64,000 nt of DNA. Origin: Candidatus Fermentibacteraceae bacterium (GTDB lineage: Bacteria; Fermentibacterota; Fermentibacteria; Fermentibacterales; JCC-6). A model generated the notes under the pieces. It saw only the letters and a list, made by a program, of their open reading frames with translations, ran no database searches and had not been told where the DNA came from. Both the position numbers and the translations under genes were made by a program. Below, in pieces: positions 49,366 through 59,282 of this stretch; position 1 is the stretch's first letter, and the number at the start of each line of letters is the position of its first letter. The DNA lies in assembly GCA_041750285.1 (NCBI GenBank), contig JBGSZS010000007.1:207700-271699 (forward strand). Reading direction: 5' to 3'.

Positions 49366-50024
49366 AAAAAGGGGCGCTTGGTGTCTCAATCGTTTCGTTG
49401 CTTGTTCTGGCCGCCGTGCTTGCATTCAGATGGGCTGAACGCGACGGGTGTTTCGATCTCGAGACGGTTTTCGTCACGGGGCTTGGCTGCTGCGACACGA
49501 CCGCGGTGGCTGAAGTCATCCAGGATTCCTTCGGAATGGCGCTTCATTCCATCAACACGGACTCCCTTGCGGGAGAACTCTGTCTGGTTCCCGGCGTGAG
49601 CGCCGCCTCGGTCACACTTGTCTGGCCATCATCGGCACACCTTGAGATCACGCTGGAAAACGCCGCCGCAGTCCTCGAAACCCCTTCCGGTCCGATACCG
49701 GTGAACCGTTTCTGCCGAAGGCTTCCTGACGCATGGATGTCCGGCGACCTCCCAGTCATCCGGTTCACGGCGTATCCCGACACCACCCTTCTGGCTTCCG
49801 CCGTGGAGTTCACGGACTGGCTCGGGGAACAGAGGGAGAACACCGTGGTGATCCTTGATTCCACGGGAGTGAACGTGATGGAAAACGATAAGATGATACT
49901 CCTCGGCTCCGAGAGGCTCGAGGAGAGATGGGTTTCGTGGGGGCTCGTGAGCCCCATGGCAACCGGGGCCTGCCAGGTTGACCTCAGGTTCAGGGGCCAG
50001 GCGGTTTTCAGGAGGAACTCATGA
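49362..50024 (+). CDS. ftsQ: Cell division protein FtsQ/DivIB
   Basis: TM helix, POTRA-like region (V....WP....I.E), C-terminal VDLRF; position in the cluster. Confidence 0.8.
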   Translation: MKKGALGVSIVSLLVLAAVLAFRWAERDGCFDLETVFVTGLGCCDTTAVAEVIQDSFGMALHSINTDSLAGELCLVPGVSAASVTLVWPSSAHLEITLENAAAVLETPSGPIPVNRFCRRLPDAWMSGDLPVIRFTAYPDTTLLASAVEFTDWLGEQRENTVVILDSTGVNVMENDKMILLGSERLEERWVSWGLVSPMATGACQVDLRFRGQAVFRRNS

Positions 50025-51259
50025 GTACTGAGTATCATGCCGGGCTGGACATAGGGGCATCCGCGGTGAAGTGCGTGGTTGCCGTTGCCGGCGGGAACGG
50101 CGAGCCTGTTTTTTCGGGGCTCGGGGCAGCCGAGTGCAGGAACAGCGTCAGGGACGGAATACTTGTCGACATGGAGGGTGCGGCCGCCGCTGCTGCGCGG
50201 GCAATGGAGGAGGCCGAGGAACTCTGCGGCTTTCGCGTCGAGAAGATCCTGCTCGGAGTCGGAGGCGCCCATGTGAGGGGTCTCATGGGAACCGGAACCA
50301 TAGGCACCGGAACCATTGACGAGCCCGGTGTGATAACCGAGAAGGACGTTGCGGCAGCACTCGAAGCCGCCGGCAGCATCGACCTCCCGCCGGGTTCAAT
50401 GGCGCTCGAGAGGATCACCCGTGACTTCGCGTTCGACCGCTTCACGGGGCTCTCGAAACCGCCCGTCGGTCTTCAGGCCTCATCGGTCACTGCGAGGGTT
50501 TTCACGGTCTACTCTGACAGGGTTCCCGTGGAAAACCTCATCGCCATGGTGGAACGGACCGGCCGTAAGGTCGAGGCACTCATCCCCTCCGGTCTCGCGG
50601 CCGGCGCGTCGGTTCTAAGCGCCGACGAGATGGACCTTGGAGTGGTCCTTGTCGACATCGGGAGCTCAATGACCAACCTCGTCGTCTACCGCGACGGCGG
50701 TCCGATTCACCTGGCAGCGTTTTCGATGGCGTCAGACCACATAACCAGGGACCTTCAGCGTCTGCGGCTCTCGTGGGTCCAGGCCGAGCGTCTGAAGGTT
50801 GAGAAAGCGGCGGCGAACGACCGCATGAGCAGCCCCAATCTTGTGATGAACGTCCCCCGCGTGGGGGACAGGGGAACCCTTCAGATATCACACCCGATCG
50901 TTACACAGGTTGTTTCCCAGAGGATCGAGGCTATCTGCGAAGGAGCATCCCAGGAGATAAGAAGGTGCGGCCTGGAACCGGGAGACCTTCCGGCGGGGCT
51001 CATCTTCACCGGCGGCGGTTCAAGGACCAGGGGACTTCTCGAGACCGCGACGGCGGTTACGGGCCTGCCGGTTGAAACAGCTTTTCCGAGGGCGAACGAA
51101 GTGCCCACCGAAATACTCAGAACCCCTGAATTCGCTGTCGCCGCGGGACTTTCCGTGCTTGGGTGCGGGCGCGGCAAGAGGCACGGCAGGGGAATGGCCT
51201 CAGGGCCGAAAAAAGGAATGCTTCGACGGGTTAGAAACTTTCTTGACACGCTGAAATAG
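50021..51259 (+). CDS. ftsA: Cell division protein FtsA (divergent)
   Basis: GLDIG, G...D, DE..LGV..VDIG, IT.D, AE.LK, TGGG, C-terminal amphipathic helix. Confidence 0.9.
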   Translation: MSTEYHAGLDIGASAVKCVVAVAGGNGEPVFSGLGAAECRNSVRDGILVDMEGAAAAAARAMEEAEELCGFRVEKILLGVGGAHVRGLMGTGTIGTGTIDEPGVITEKDVAAALEAAGSIDLPPGSMALERITRDFAFDRFTGLSKPPVGLQASSVTARVFTVYSDRVPVENLIAMVERTGRKVEALIPSGLAAGASVLSADEMDLGVVLVDIGSSMTNLVVYRDGGPIHLAAFSMASDHITRDLQRLRLSWVQAERLKVEKAAANDRMSSPNLVMNVPRVGDRGTLQISHPIVTQVVSQRIEAICEGASQEIRRCGLEPGDLPAGLIFTGGGSRTRGLLETATAVTGLPVETAFPRANEVPTEILRTPEFAVAAGLSVLGCGRGKRHGRGMASGPKKGMLRRVRNFLDTLK

Positions 51260-51272
51260 CAGGGAGGGTGCA

Positions 51273-52421
51273 ATGCCGGCTGTATACGATCTGATGGAGC
51301 TCGGGGAGGACTCCGGCGGAAGGATCAGTCTGAAGGTGGTGGGGATTGGCGGCTGCGGCTGCAACGCCATCACGAGGATGGTCCAGAGGAAGATCCGGGG
51401 GGTTCAGTACCTTGCGGTCAACACCGATGTGCAGGACTTCGAGAACTGCCTCTACGACGAGAAGCTGATCATCGGAGGCCGGGTGACCCGTGGACGCGGC
51501 ACCGGCGGAAGCAGCGAACTGGGCAGGCAGGCCGCCGAGGAAAACCTGACGGACATCGAAGACATGCTGAAAGGGTGCGACATGGTCTTCATCGCCGCGG
51601 GCATGGGAGGGGGCACCGGAACCGGGGCCGCTCCTGTGATCGCCCAGGTGGCGAGGGAGCAGGGCGCCATCACTGTGGGAGTAGTCTCCAGACCTTTCGA
51701 GCACGAGGGCGTTCTGAAGCAGCAGAGGGCCGAAGAGGGAATACAGAGCCTTCGCAAGGTCCTCGACAGTCTCATCATCATTCCAAACGACCGCCTTCTC
51801 ACGGTCGTGGACGAGGACGCGACCCTCGAGGATGCCCTGGCGCTTGCCAACGATGTCCTTGCCAACGCGGTTGAGGGGATCAACCGCATCATCTCCGTGC
51901 CCGGCACGATCAACCTCGACTTCGAGGATGTACGCAGGGTCATCACGAGCGGTGGCGGGGCCATGATGGGCACCGGTGTTGCCACTGGACCCAACAGGGC
52001 CGAGGAAGCCGCCCGGCAGGCCATTTCCAACCCGCTTCTCGACAGCATCTCCATCGAGGGGGCCAGAGCAGTCCTTGTCAACGTCCACTCCTCGAGGGAC
52101 GTGAAGTTCCGCGAGGCCATGATCGCACAGAAGACCATCTCGGATGTTGTCGGGCGATCGGCACAGGTGTTCATCGGTCACAGCTACGGAGACGATGTTG
52201 ACGCAGAGATAAAGGTCACTGTGATCGCCACCGGCTTTGGCGACAGGATCGAGAACGACCCCATCGAGATGGACCTCCCGGCGAGGGTTGCCAGGGGACC
52301 GTTCGAGGGTGGAAGAAGGGGCACCGAGCATATCCCCTTCCCCGTTGTCGCGCACGGATCGGGCAATGTGAACACGAGGGATGCGAATCTGCCCTGCTTC
52401 CTGCAGAGAGATTTTGATTAG
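51273..52421 (+). CDS. ftsZ: Cell division protein FtsZ
   Basis: GMGGGTGTG tubulin signature, NTD, IPND, INLDF.DV, VTVIATG, C-terminal LP.FL. Confidence 0.96.
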   Translation: MPAVYDLMELGEDSGGRISLKVVGIGGCGCNAITRMVQRKIRGVQYLAVNTDVQDFENCLYDEKLIIGGRVTRGRGTGGSSELGRQAAEENLTDIEDMLKGCDMVFIAAGMGGGTGTGAAPVIAQVAREQGAITVGVVSRPFEHEGVLKQQRAEEGIQSLRKVLDSLIIIPNDRLLTVVDEDATLEDALALANDVLANAVEGINRIISVPGTINLDFEDVRRVITSGGGAMMGTGVATGPNRAEEAARQAISNPLLDSISIEGARAVLVNVHSSRDVKFREAMIAQKTISDVVGRSAQVFIGHSYGDDVDAEIKVTVIATGFGDRIENDPIEMDLPARVARGPFEGGRRGTEHIPFPVVAHGSGNVNTRDANLPCFLQRDFD

Positions 52422-52511
52422 GGGCAATAAAACAGCGATATTTTGAACAACACCTTGCCGTGTATATATTCCTCTTCCCCAATTGTTTTCATGAGAAGAG
52501 GAAGCCACTGG

Positions 52512-54137
52512 ATGAGCAGAAAATCCGCCGGTGACCGGTACGAAGAGCGGAGGAAAGCCCTCCTCTCAACCGAGAAGAGCCTCGCCCTTGGCAACTCCAG
52601 GGGCATGTTCGAAGCCGTGTTCGCTTTTCCTCGCCTCTACAACCAGGCAATGGCGCATCTCGCTTTCCACAGGATACACAATCAGCTGTCCAACTGGTCC
52701 GACACCGTCTGCTCCCGTGCCTTTCTTCCCGAGCGGGACGAGTACAACTGGCGAAAACGTGCCTCCGCCCCCGCGGTTACGGTCGACTCAGGCAAGCCCA
52801 TCTCACATTGCGACCTCCTCCTTTTCATAATCCCCGGCGAAACCGACTACCTTCCCGCCCTCGAGATGATGGAGATGTCGGGAATTACGCTAAGGGCCTC
52901 CCAGAGACGGGAGAAGTGGCCCCTGATATTCGCCACAGGCCTCGGGGTGACGGCAAACCCCATGCCTCTCATGCCCTTCTTCGACGCCTTCCTCATCGGG
53001 GAAAGCGAACCCATCCTCGGCCCTGTCCTTGACACCATTAAAAGCATGGGCAGGAACGCCGCCTCAAAGGATGCCATACTCCAGCAGGTGGCCGATCTTC
53101 CGGGAATGTTCGTTCCCAGGATTCACGGCCTGTCCCCCAGGTTCGGCATAATGCGCCAGTGGGCCAGCACCGAGAGCGTGGGTGCGCTGACCGGCACCAT
53201 CTCCGCCAAGTCGGTCATCCCTGACACATGGATAGTGGAGATCGCACGGGGCTGCCCCTTCAACTGCAGGTTCTGCATGCCCGGATACCTCTACCTTCCG
53301 TACCGCGAGCAGCACCTCGAAGAGCTCGAAGAGACGATCCGGAGCATCCCGAAGGGCGAACAGGTAGTTTTCACGGCATGCACTCCGTCCGGGCACTACC
53401 AGATAGACGAGATAACGGCCTTCGCCCAGGGATGCGGTCTTGTGGCACATGCCAGTTCCCACCGCCGCGACACCCCCGAGATGGTGGAGGAGATACCTTC
53501 AACCTACGACGTCGAAACCCTGCTCATGGCCCCCGAGACAGGTTCCGACAGCCTGCGCAAGGTGCTGGGCAAGGGGCGCACCAATAACGATTACGTTCAA
53601 ATCCTGAAAAACATCGATCCCAGGGTCAAAAGGATCAGGATCAACTTCCAGATCGGTCTTCCCTTCGAGACCGACGCCGACAGGGAAGAGAACGTCAGGT
53701 TCGTCGAGATGGTTCAGGGGCACACCACCCTTCCCATAACCCTCCGGATGGACCCCTTCATCCCCCGCCCCTGGACGGCTTTCCAGTGGTCACCCATGCA
53801 GAATCCCGCACGACTGCGTGTTCTTATCGACCATTTCCAGCAAAGCGTTTCCAGGCTGGGCATCAGTGAGATCAAGGGAATTTCCCCCCGCGATGCGCAC
53901 ATTTACGCGCTTCTCTCCCGTGGGGACAGAAAGGTCGCAGCCGCCCTCGAGACAAAACTCACCGACGTGGGCTGGAACACTGCCTTCGAGAAGGCCGGGA
54001 TCGACATGAACTGGGTCTTCGAACAGATCGAGGTGGGAAGCCAGTTCGGCTGGGATTTCCTTAACATGGGGTTCGGCTACACAAGGCTTGCGCGCGAGTT
54101 CCAGGCAGCCGCCACCCTCGACGAGGAAAGAAAGTAA
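52512..54137 (+). CDS. Radical SAM protein (TIGR03960-like, divergent)
   Basis: VEIARGCPFNCRFC, APETGS..LR...K, IGLP.ET..D, F.P.P.T.FQW. Confidence 0.8.
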   Translation: MSRKSAGDRYEERRKALLSTEKSLALGNSRGMFEAVFAFPRLYNQAMAHLAFHRIHNQLSNWSDTVCSRAFLPERDEYNWRKRASAPAVTVDSGKPISHCDLLLFIIPGETDYLPALEMMEMSGITLRASQRREKWPLIFATGLGVTANPMPLMPFFDAFLIGESEPILGPVLDTIKSMGRNAASKDAILQQVADLPGMFVPRIHGLSPRFGIMRQWASTESVGALTGTISAKSVIPDTWIVEIARGCPFNCRFCMPGYLYLPYREQHLEELEETIRSIPKGEQVVFTACTPSGHYQIDEITAFAQGCGLVAHASSHRRDTPEMVEEIPSTYDVETLLMAPETGSDSLRKVLGKGRTNNDYVQILKNIDPRVKRIRINFQIGLPFETDADREENVRFVEMVQGHTTLPITLRMDPFIPRPWTAFQWSPMQNPARLRVLIDHFQQSVSRLGISEIKGISPRDAHIYALLSRGDRKVAAALETKLTDVGWNTAFEKAGIDMNWVFEQIEVGSQFGWDFLNMGFGYTRLAREFQAAATLDEERK

Positions 54138-54195
54138 AAAAAACAGGCACGCACTACCGGCAGGACCGGAAAGGAACGTGCCCACAGGGGATGAG

Positions 54196-54222
54196 GGAAA
54201 GGCGGCGCCTTTCGGCGCCCCC
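54196..54222 (-). terminator. Hairpin downstream of rpmB (possible terminator)
   Basis: GGCGCC-GAAA-GGCGCC on the minus strand with a short T tract, between convergent genes. Confidence 0.45.
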
Positions 54223-54227
54223 GAACC

Positions 54228-54416
54228 CTAAGCCCTCTTTACCCGTCCGCTCTTGATGCAGGTCGTGCAGGCCTTGATCCGTGTCGCGACGCCGTTGATC
54301 AGAACCCTGGCGGCCTGGAGGTTGGGCTTCCAGATGTGCTTGGTGTGCCTGGTGGAGTGGCTTACCCTGTATCCCACCGAGGGCTTCTTTCCGCAAATAT
54401 CACATTTCCAGGACAT
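54228..54416 (-). CDS. rpmB: 50S ribosomal protein L28 (zinc-ribbon, C+ type)
   Basis: M...CDICGK....G..VSHS..HTK..WKPNLQ......CTTCIKS. Confidence 0.96.
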   Translation of the reverse strand: MSWKCDICGKKPSVGYRVSHSTRHTKHIWKPNLQAARVLINGVATRIKACTTCIKSGRVKRA

Positions 54417-54530
54417 TGCAGTCTCCTTGTTGGTCTACGCAAACGAAGGCAACATATACTGCATCCGCCGGGAAAAATCAAGCGCACCTTGACGAAAGCG
54501 TTCGGGGAGGCAAGGATACACATGTACAGT

Positions 54531-54884
54531 GGGGGCGACAGGTCTCGACGGGTACGGATGCGGTTTTGCGGGAGCATGCCGAGGTTCCGCCGGCCTCGTT
54601 AAAAAGGCGGGACAAAACAACTGCCGCGTAAGCGACAACCCGTCACCCTCTTGTAAGGGTGGCCGCCCTCTCAACCTTCGCCTTCGAGGTTGTACAGGGC
54701 GACGCAATGAAGGCTGGCTTCCATCCCCCCACCTTCCGGGGTGAAGAGGCGAGAACAATGGAGGGTATGTCCGGAGAGCGCCGTCCGTTGCCCACCTCCG
54801 GCCAAGAACGAGTACGGACTAAGCATGTAGTGCCTTCTTAACCCCCGTGCACGGACGCGGGTTCGAATCCCGCCGCCTCCACCA
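54531..54884 (+). ncRNA. ssrA: tmRNA
   Basis: Acceptor stem GGGGGCG/CGCCTCC-ACCA with a G3.U pair, TCGACGG, GCATG...CATG helix 2, pk1 GAGG/CCTC plus TCCGCC/GGCGGG, T-arm GCGGG-TTCGAAT-CCCGC. Confidence 0.96.
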
Positions 54885-54929
54885 ACTTCCTGACGCTCAG
54901 TAGTCACTGAGAGTCTTCTGTCTCCTTCA

Positions 54930-54958
54930 TTGACGCTCCTCCGTATTATCCATATGGT
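54930..54958 (+). promoter_or_regulatory. Candidate sigma70 promoter for the accessory block
   Basis: TTGACG (54930-54935), 17 nt, TATGGT (54953-54958). Confidence 0.45.
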
Positions 54959-54995
54959 CAAAATGGGCAGAAGCTCTATGGACCGGATGGATTCT

Positions 54996-57848
54996 ATGAG
55001 AGTCAGATGTTTACCGTTCGTGACCGCTGCATTGCCGGTCTTGGCAGCAACGACGGTTTCAACCGCTGAAGCCCCTCCCGCCAACACCATCCCTATCATC
55101 GCAGACAGGCCCTCCTTCGAGGACATTGACACCGAGTTCCTCTGCACCCTGTCCTGGATGCACTTCGACGCGGTGAACCGGTTCGGCTACTCCGTGTCCG
55201 AACTTTTGGACGTGCTGGTGGAACCGGCGGAGACGGCCGGGCTCTACGTGGTGCTGAGCCCCTGGGAACTCGAGCAGTGGACCAACCGCTGGGCCAGGAT
55301 GTCGGGCCTCTACGGCGTCTCCCATGACAGCGCCTACGCCTGGCCGGGGTGGTACGGGCTGGAACTAAGTCCGACCCACACCTGCACGAGCGACACCCTG
55401 CTGTCATCCAAGAGCGCCACCGCCATGGCAGCGGCACTTCAGGGCTCGGCCGCAGTGGTGTCCGACTCCTTCGGCACGCACGACAACGTCTGGTTCTACC
55501 TTCTCTTCGACGAGGCGCCTGCAAGGCAGTGGAACAGGATGGACCAGGACACCGTACCTAACACATCCATTCCAAGATACTTCGACGACTACATCCCCGA
55601 CATGTTCACCCAGGCCATGGATTCGGTGTACCGGGCGGACTACTCTCCCGCCGGGAATTACTGGCTTCCGGCCCTTGAGGAGGTTGACCCCCAGGGAGTG
55701 CTCTCCTGGCTGAAGTGGGCGCTGGAGCACTCCGACCATCCCAGACCGATGGCCATAACATTTAGCAGCATGCACACCATGACGGACTGGGCTGGGGCAA
55801 GCAACCTGTTCGAGGCTACGGGATACAACCCTCCCTCATGCGCAGACCAGGCCAACTCGGTGAGGGCGTTTCTCTGGACGCAATACCAGTCAGGTTCCAT
55901 CCCTGTTCCCGACCCGGTGGACAACCACCCGGCGTTCATGTGTTACGATGCCTACCCCTTCAGGCATGTCGGCATTGAGTACCAGAATGAGGAAAGCTAT
56001 ACCCCCGCCCTGGGCGACAGCCTGGAGCAATGGCTGCTTGAGCATTACGAGGAAGCCATGGACTCCACCTTCATTCCTACCAGGGAGATCGCCATGGAGA
56101 GAGACACCATCATCCCGGTGATCTACTGGCCCCAGGGATTTGGCCGTGTGGGCGGGGATGCGATGTGGGGATATGCACCTGATTCGTCCAGAGTACTTGA
56201 CTACGCATCCTACAACTACAGGTATCCGACTCCCCGGGAGTTCCTCATGAACTGCAACATCGCGCTGCTTCGGGGAGCCAAGGGCATACAGCCGTTCTGT
56301 CTGGCCACGTACGACCAGGAGGACGGTTCTTCGGTGCTTGCCGGTCACCTGGACAGGAACAACATCCCCTTCGACGCCCCCTACGAGGATTGGGTGTACC
56401 GGGACAGACCCTTCAGGGATACGCTGCAGTTCATAGCCCCCGACCTGATTCCGCCGTTCATCAACGGCTACGACCCGCTTGCTGACAGTCTTCCCGACAG
56501 ACCGGCCGTCGTGGGCGCGAAGGCGGACGAAGCCAGGTACGAGTGGTGGTTCGAGCCCTACGGAAGGCTATGGAACAGCATGCGCGGAACCTTTGCGCAG
56601 ATAGCGCGTGTGGCCCCGGAGCTGGCCGGGCTCTGGTGGTGGGAAGGCTACGAGGAAGAGGCGTCCGTCGGCTACGGCGGGTCCACGATGCCCATGCTCT
56701 TCTCCGAGCCGCACATTCGGGTGTTCACCGACAGCACGGAGACGGGCTGTTACCTTTTCTACGTGAACAGGCACTGCCGTTCGAACGGTACACCCCTGGA
56801 GATTGTGTACGATACATTTGACCTGCCCTCCGGAATAGACTGCAGCGACAGGGTGCTGGATCACAGCAGGCGTTTCGTCATGGACGGTGTGGAAAGCCCC
56901 CGCGGTGTATTCACCTTTCTCGATACTCTGGATGCGGGACAGGCCAGGCTGATACAGCTCTTCGACGTGAACGAAGGCTTGGATGCTGACATCAGGATAA
57001 CCTCGCCGGATGTCTGGACCATAGATCCATGCACCGACGACACGACTGGTGTCCTGAGGAACACTCACGGAGAGACCGTCGACATCATCGCAAGGTTCTA
57101 CAACATGGGAACGGAATCTGCTGACAATGTGGAGGTTACTGCCTACGACCTGACGGATGACATCAGCCTGGGCAGGGATTACCTCGAATTCGACGGTCTG
57201 GCGACCGGCAGCGGCTCCTGCCGCCGGTGCGACTTCGATGACGCGATCTTCAACTGGGACACCGACACAGCAAGTATTGGTCCTCACATCATCAGGATCA
57301 GGGCCGACAGGATTCCGTTTGAACCCGACACGCTGGACAACACTGTCCTGGTGACGTTCCTGCTCGATCCGGTGGATTATGCAACCGAGATCCGGGAGGA
57401 TGCCTGGGACATGACCGAGACCGGCGTCGAAGCCTGGAAGACGGATGACATAGACTCGGTCATGGGCTGGACTTCCTTCACCGATTCAATCAGCGGGATG
57501 TTCGAGGGAGAGGTGAGGTCGGACTCGTCCGCAACGAACAGGCTCTATCTGAAACTTGACGGAACCACCGACATCGACGGTGACATCTACAACAAGGTCA
57601 GTCTGGCATGCATATCCCTCGATGCAGAGTGCGACGTCATTGTCGGGTGGAAGGATACTACCGGTGGAAGCGGTTCGACAACACTCTGCGAGGACCTGTC
57701 CGCAGGAGAATGGGAGGAGATAGGCCCTATTGACCTCTCGGACTTCTGGAGTCACAAAACCATCGAGGAACTGTGGCTGCGCTTCGAGTTTTCGGGCAAC
57801 ATCTACAATCGCCATGTCCGCATCGGCTGGGTGAAGCTGACGGAGTGA
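54996..57848 (+). CDS. Large secreted acidic protein: putative glycoside-hydrolase-like barrel, CARDB/Ig domain and C-terminal beta-sandwich
   Basis: Signal-like MRVRCLPFVTAALPVLAA; FDEAP, YDAYP, PQGFG, RYPT.RE, ALLRGAKGI; CARDB-like I.A...N.G...A.NV.V...W....G.H.I...D...E....N. Confidence 0.6.
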   Translation: MRVRCLPFVTAALPVLAATTVSTAEAPPANTIPIIADRPSFEDIDTEFLCTLSWMHFDAVNRFGYSVSELLDVLVEPAETAGLYVVLSPWELEQWTNRWARMSGLYGVSHDSAYAWPGWYGLELSPTHTCTSDTLLSSKSATAMAAALQGSAAVVSDSFGTHDNVWFYLLFDEAPARQWNRMDQDTVPNTSIPRYFDDYIPDMFTQAMDSVYRADYSPAGNYWLPALEEVDPQGVLSWLKWALEHSDHPRPMAITFSSMHTMTDWAGASNLFEATGYNPPSCADQANSVRAFLWTQYQSGSIPVPDPVDNHPAFMCYDAYPFRHVGIEYQNEESYTPALGDSLEQWLLEHYEEAMDSTFIPTREIAMERDTIIPVIYWPQGFGRVGGDAMWGYAPDSSRVLDYASYNYRYPTPREFLMNCNIALLRGAKGIQPFCLATYDQEDGSSVLAGHLDRNNIPFDAPYEDWVYRDRPFRDTLQFIAPDLIPPFINGYDPLADSLPDRPAVVGAKADEARYEWWFEPYGRLWNSMRGTFAQIARVAPELAGLWWWEGYEEEASVGYGGSTMPMLFSEPHIRVFTDSTETGCYLFYVNRHCRSNGTPLEIVYDTFDLPSGIDCSDRVLDHSRRFVMDGVESPRGVFTFLDTLDAGQARLIQLFDVNEGLDADIRITSPDVWTIDPCTDDTTGVLRNTHGETVDIIARFYNMGTESADNVEVTAYDLTDDISLGRDYLEFDGLATGSGSCRRCDFDDAIFNWDTDTASIGPHIIRIRADRIPFEPDTLDNTVLVTFLLDPVDYATEIREDAWDMTETGVEAWKTDDIDSVMGWTSFTDSISGMFEGEVRSDSSATNRLYLKLDGTTDIDGDIYNKVSLACISLDAECDVIVGWKDTTGGSGSTTLCEDLSAGEWEEIGPIDLSDFWSHKTIEELWLRFEFSGNIYNRHVRIGWVKLTE

Positions 57849-57861
57849 GGAGCCTGACAGA

Positions 57862-59250
57862 ATGAAATGGATCGTCATCCTGCTGTTCCTGTCGGGACTA
57901 TGCCCTGCCCAGCCGGGGATCGTGTGGGAGAGAACGTACTTCCCTGGACACGTGAGTTGGTTCACTGATGTACATGAAACGGCTGATCATGGGTTTATCA
58001 CTGCGATGTGGCGCCCAGGATCGGATAACTTCTGTGTTGCACGGTTTGACTCAGACGGTAACTGGTTATGGAGTTCCGGAGACATTTGGTACAGCCAGGC
58101 CGCTAACTGGATTGAAGAATTGACAGACGGGGCTTTTATTGTTACGGGAATATGCAAGGAAACTTCATCATCGGACTGGTCTCTTTTTATCGCCAAGCTT
58201 GATTCCTCCGGTGGAAGTATATGGTCCAAGATCTACGATGAACCTGACAGCTGGGATGAAGGCTACTGTGTGTTACCCCTTCCTGATGGAGGATTCGCGG
58301 TTGTTGGGGTGAAGGATCCTGACTCTGGGATGGACCAGGCCTGGATCCTGCGCACCGACTCCCAGGGGGACACCCTGTGGACCAGGGAATGGGGCTGGGA
58401 GTACAACGACGAGGCCAGACGGGTGCTCCTGGTGGACGGTGCCCTGACGGTGCTGATGCACGGAAGGCTGGAGTCCACTTCCTACGGTCCTCACCTTGTC
58501 CGGTACGACCTGGACGGCAACCTCCTCTGGGAAACCCCCGTGCCGGAACTGTACGGCTACCATGGCCAGGACATGTGCCGGGCTTCCGACTTCGGGTACG
58601 TGGTTCTTACGGAGCATGCTCCCTGGATAGCCCATACGGACTCGACCGGCAGTACTCAGTGGATGACAAATCCGATGGGCATCAACTCGAAATGGGGGTA
58701 CATGATCAATCCAACCATGGACGGCGGGTACATCTACGCAGGTCAGAACCAGCCGTACCAGCCCGGCAGGGACGAGTACTCGGGCATGCTCGTGAAGCTC
58801 GATTCCGAAGGAACTCAGCAGTGGTGGGATTTCGTGTACGAGTCCGACTGCGACGGCCTGTTCTCCGCAAGGCAGCTTTCTTCGGGCGGATACATTGCCT
58901 GTGGTATTGCGAACGGATACCCATCCGGTCAGGGTTACCTTATCCGTTACGAGCCGGAACTAGGGATCGATGAACCGGGGTGCTCATCGGCAGCGACTCT
59001 GTCACTCCGCCCAACTCCGTTCAACAGCATTCTTTGCATCAGCTACAACCTGTCTTGCGCCGGTCCAATGATGTTGTCCGTCTTCGACCTCACCGGACGG
59101 ATGGTGGAGAAACTGGAATCGGGTGTTCGGCCTGCCGGGGGTAACACAGTTGTTTGGTCTCCCGGTCCTGAATGCCCCGCTGGCTGCTATCTTGTCGTCC
59201 TTGATGCCTGCGGGGAGCGTCTTGTTGCCAGGTGCGTGAAGCTGGATTAG
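57862..59250 (+). CDS. Secreted beta-propeller-like repeat protein with T9SS/FlgD-like CTD, paralog A
   Basis: Signal peptide, repeated D..G...W and DGG(Y/F)I..G units, CTD P.PF...ISY.L...LSVFDLTGR.V...W...PAG.Y.V. Confidence 0.8.
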   Translation: MKWIVILLFLSGLCPAQPGIVWERTYFPGHVSWFTDVHETADHGFITAMWRPGSDNFCVARFDSDGNWLWSSGDIWYSQAANWIEELTDGAFIVTGICKETSSSDWSLFIAKLDSSGGSIWSKIYDEPDSWDEGYCVLPLPDGGFAVVGVKDPDSGMDQAWILRTDSQGDTLWTREWGWEYNDEARRVLLVDGALTVLMHGRLESTSYGPHLVRYDLDGNLLWETPVPELYGYHGQDMCRASDFGYVVLTEHAPWIAHTDSTGSTQWMTNPMGINSKWGYMINPTMDGGYIYAGQNQPYQPGRDEYSGMLVKLDSEGTQQWWDFVYESDCDGLFSARQLSSGGYIACGIANGYPSGQGYLIRYEPELGIDEPGCSSAATLSLRPTPFNSILCISYNLSCAGPMMLSVFDLTGRMVEKLESGVRPAGGNTVVWSPGPECPAGCYLVVLDACGERLVARCVKLD

Positions 59251-59282
59251 GAGGAAGTTGGCGGAGTGAGGAGTCGGACGGA

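Noticed and set aside
652..52508. Long antisense ORFs (e.g. 652-1863, 14347-15477, 24814-25983, 43256-44458, 51231-52508)
   Set aside because: Shadow ORFs are expected in high-GC DNA opposite well-supported genes, and these carry no motifs.
54336..54841. Small ORFs 54336-54602, 54529-54744 and 54659-54841
   Set aside because: They overlap rpmB or the tmRNA and have no protein features.
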